Shown one piece after another: positions 61,796-64,000 of a DNA stretch of 64,000 nucleotides. The notes below the pieces were generated by a model. That model searched no databases. It had not been told where the DNA came from and saw only the letters and a list, made by a program, of their open reading frames with translations. The DNA is from an uncultured Desulfobacter sp. (lineage in GTDB: Bacteria > Desulfobacterota > Desulfobacteria > Desulfobacterales > Desulfobacteraceae): positions 928,001 to 992,000 of the forward strand of contig OY762069.1 in the NCBI GenBank assembly GCA_963665095.1, given 5' to 3'. The first letter of the stretch is position 1; the number at the start of each line of letters is the position of its first letter. Made by a program: the position numbers and the translations under genes.

Positions 61796-62122
61796 TTAAA
61801 CGCCCTGGGGCGTCTTGATCATATCAGTTTCCAGCATACCGGCAATGTCCAGTGCTGAATTCAGGGAATCATTAATCATGAAAAGCTGAATTTTCAAAGT
61901 TTTCAGGGAGGCCGGGGTTGCCGAAATTTTCTCATCAGATGAAAGGACCGACGAAAACATGTCAGCTTTTTTGGCAAACTCAGAGAGACGTTCGCTGAAC
62001 TGGGTAATTTCCTTTGCCCATTTATCCCTTTCCTCTCTGGTCAGTTCGATGTTGGCGTTATCTGTGCCGTTTATCAAATGGTCAATCTGATATTCTTCCG
62101 GGTTTGCGATGATTTCGTACAT
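61796..62122 (-). CDS. Hypothetical protein
   Basis: 108-aa ORF with an AGGAG RBS. Confidence 0.6.
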   Translation of the reverse strand: MYEIIANPEEYQIDHLINGTDNANIELTREERDKWAKEITQFSERLSEFAKKADMFSSVLSSDEKISATPASLKTLKIQLFMINDSLNSALDIAGMLETDMIKTPQGV

Positions 62123-62357
62123 AATTGGCTCCTTTGTATCTGAAATTATTCCGGAGAAAATTTAAGAGTTGCTCCGGTGCCTGGTTCGGCAAGGTTGAGT
62201 TAAGAATAAGCGGGCACAAAGGAATAGTCAAGCTTACATATTGAAAACATTATACATTCACTCTTTTCTCGCTATGCGATTTTGAAAAGAAGCCGTATCC
62301 ACGCGCGTTATAAGCGATATTCATATTTTTTTTACGCATTGAATAACTATTCAGATT

Positions 62358-63662
62358 TCAATGATTTGGAAGCAGGTTGGTCAGGATATCTCCCTGTGTA
62401 TAAATAATTTTCAATATGGAAAGATAATAGGAATACCGGGCATTGGACATACGCCTCTGGGCATCTACCAAAAGTGTGTTGGCATCCATAATGTCGATGC
62501 TGTCAGCCATTCCGTATTTAAACTGCATTTGAACCGCATTATAGTTTTCCTCGGCGGATTTGACTTCGTCGGCAAGATTGGTCAGGGTGCTTCTGGCTGT
62601 TTTAAAATCGAGAAAGGCTTGCTTTGACTGTAAAATCACCTCATTCTCAAGATTTGCCAGGGCCTGCTGTGCCTGCCGTTTCTTTGCATCTGCCTGGCGA
62701 ACCTGAGCCCTTCGCAGACCGCCGTCATAAAAGGTGAAAACCAGCTGAGCCTGAATATAGGCTTCGTGGGTATTGTATTCAACGCCCCGCCCCGCAGCAG
62801 TATCATAGGAGACATCTTTCTCCCGATACCCCCCTTCAAGATCAATGCTTGGCCAGTAATCCCCCTTTTCATAGGCAATGGTTTTATGGGCAATTTCAAC
62901 AGCTTTTCTGGCCTCTTTAATCTCATAACGGTTCTCCAGAGACCTCTTTTTTATCTGCTCAAGGGTTATATCAAAATTTTCAATGTCTTTAATATCGTCG
63001 GCGGAAATTCTGAACTGATCTTCAACTCCGGTGAGTCTTACAAGCCCTGCCTTGGCTGTTTCAACATTATTAACCGCCACAATATGGTTTGTTTTTGCCT
63101 TTGACAGCTCTGCCTGGGCTCTGTACATGGCCGTTTTTGTCACATTGCCCACATTAAGCTTTTCTTTGACCGAGTCTTTATATGTGGTGAGGCGGTCCAC
63201 CTCTGCCTGTGCCACCTCTACCAGCCGTTTGGCACTTAACGCCTGAGTAAAGATCTGCGCCACTTGAAATATATAATCAGACCTGACAGCAGATTCTGAA
63301 AATTGGGCCTTTTCAATCCCCATTTTGCTCACATCATAGGCAATGAGCTCCCGGCCGTTCAGGGTAAAGGACTGGGTCAGTTTGCCGCCAATGGCGGTGA
63401 CATCCGGGGTGTAGATATCGTCACTTTTGTAATTCAGATAACTGCCGTACAACGTGGCCCTGGGAATCAATACGGACTGTGCCCGTTTTTTATCCTGCCG
63501 GGCAATATAGGTCTCTTCCGTTGCAATCCGGATGCGTTCAGCATTTTCATTGGCTTTCAGGCACAACTGTTTAAGTGTATATAAAGGTTCCGAGGGCATG
63601 CCTGATACAATGCCTGGCATCCAGAACAATAAAGACACGACACAGATAAAAATTGGTTTCAT
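62358..63662 (-). CDS. TolC-family outer membrane efflux protein
   Basis: Signal peptide; two OEP-like repeats (LIPRATL, YWPSIDL...FYDGG). Confidence 0.88.
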   Translation of the reverse strand: MKPIFICVVSLLFWMPGIVSGMPSEPLYTLKQLCLKANENAERIRIATEETYIARQDKKRAQSVLIPRATLYGSYLNYKSDDIYTPDVTAIGGKLTQSFTLNGRELIAYDVSKMGIEKAQFSESAVRSDYIFQVAQIFTQALSAKRLVEVAQAEVDRLTTYKDSVKEKLNVGNVTKTAMYRAQAELSKAKTNHIVAVNNVETAKAGLVRLTGVEDQFRISADDIKDIENFDITLEQIKKRSLENRYEIKEARKAVEIAHKTIAYEKGDYWPSIDLEGGYREKDVSYDTAAGRGVEYNTHEAYIQAQLVFTFYDGGLRRAQVRQADAKKRQAQQALANLENEVILQSKQAFLDFKTARSTLTNLADEVKSAEENYNAVQMQFKYGMADSIDIMDANTLLVDAQRRMSNARYSYYLSILKIIYTQGDILTNLLPNH

Positions 63663-64000
63663 TGACGCCTCCCTGGGTTAAAAAAATCGCTCTATTCGGA
63701 AAAATCTGGACCGGTACAAAGCTTCTATCTCCTTCAATACGTTCAAAAGGGACCTTCTGGCTCGTCCGGTGTATGTCTGTCATTGTATACGGTTGTTGTT
63801 GCAAGCATACAAAATATTATGGGCACCGCAACAGGTCAAGCTTTTGGTGGCCGTCCTGTTAAAAAAACGTCCAGTGGCTTGCAAACCCCTGAACCTGCGC
63901 TTATTATTTCCGCTGATAGTAAATTTGATCATTATGTGATATCTATCATCAACATTTTAGAGATAAATTAAAATAACAGGAGGAAAGCTTGAGCATTATA

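Noticed and set aside
51772..63971. Many plus-strand ORFs antisense to flx/hdrL/tolC
   Set aside because: They are shadow frames of well-supported minus-strand genes.

Overview
The window looks like a sulfate-reducing Desulfobacterota genome (Desulfobacter-like, inferred from gene content) and has three parts. (1) About 1-29.3 kb is an integron gene-cassette array on the + strand. It has about 13 attC sites, mostly with complementary R'/R'' cores, and no intI inside the window. Cassettes include Fic, GIY-YIG, two VOC proteins, ClbS/DfsB and four type II toxin-antitoxin modules with their own promoters. The attC sites are heavily parasitised. Seven group II introns of three lineages each sit at a lineage-specific position: CL/IIB-like inside R' on the top strand, class E-like 10 nt after the R'' AAC on the top strand, and ORF-less IIC-attC inside R'' on the bottom strand. 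Two IS91-type element ends abut R''. IS21 and IS66 are nested inside introns. (2) About 29.3-39.3 kb is IS debris (IS110, IS3, IS1634, IS1380, IS1182-like). Two divergent copies of a Zn-finger + Mu-like DDE + ExeA-type AAA transposon occur at 19471-23011 and about 34576-37787. Both have 3-bp target duplications, both sit inside another element's transposase gene, and they share a conserved ~180-nt structured non-coding element. (3) 39.3-64 kb is mostly ordinary chromosome: class IV aminotransferase, cereblon-like protein, nhaD/nhaR, GGDEF-EAL plus a PhnD-like protein, an IS1380 inside a HAD gene, dctP, hdrL-flxDCBA, a Tat Fe-S protein and TolC. All family calls come from motif recognition by eye; no database searches were run.
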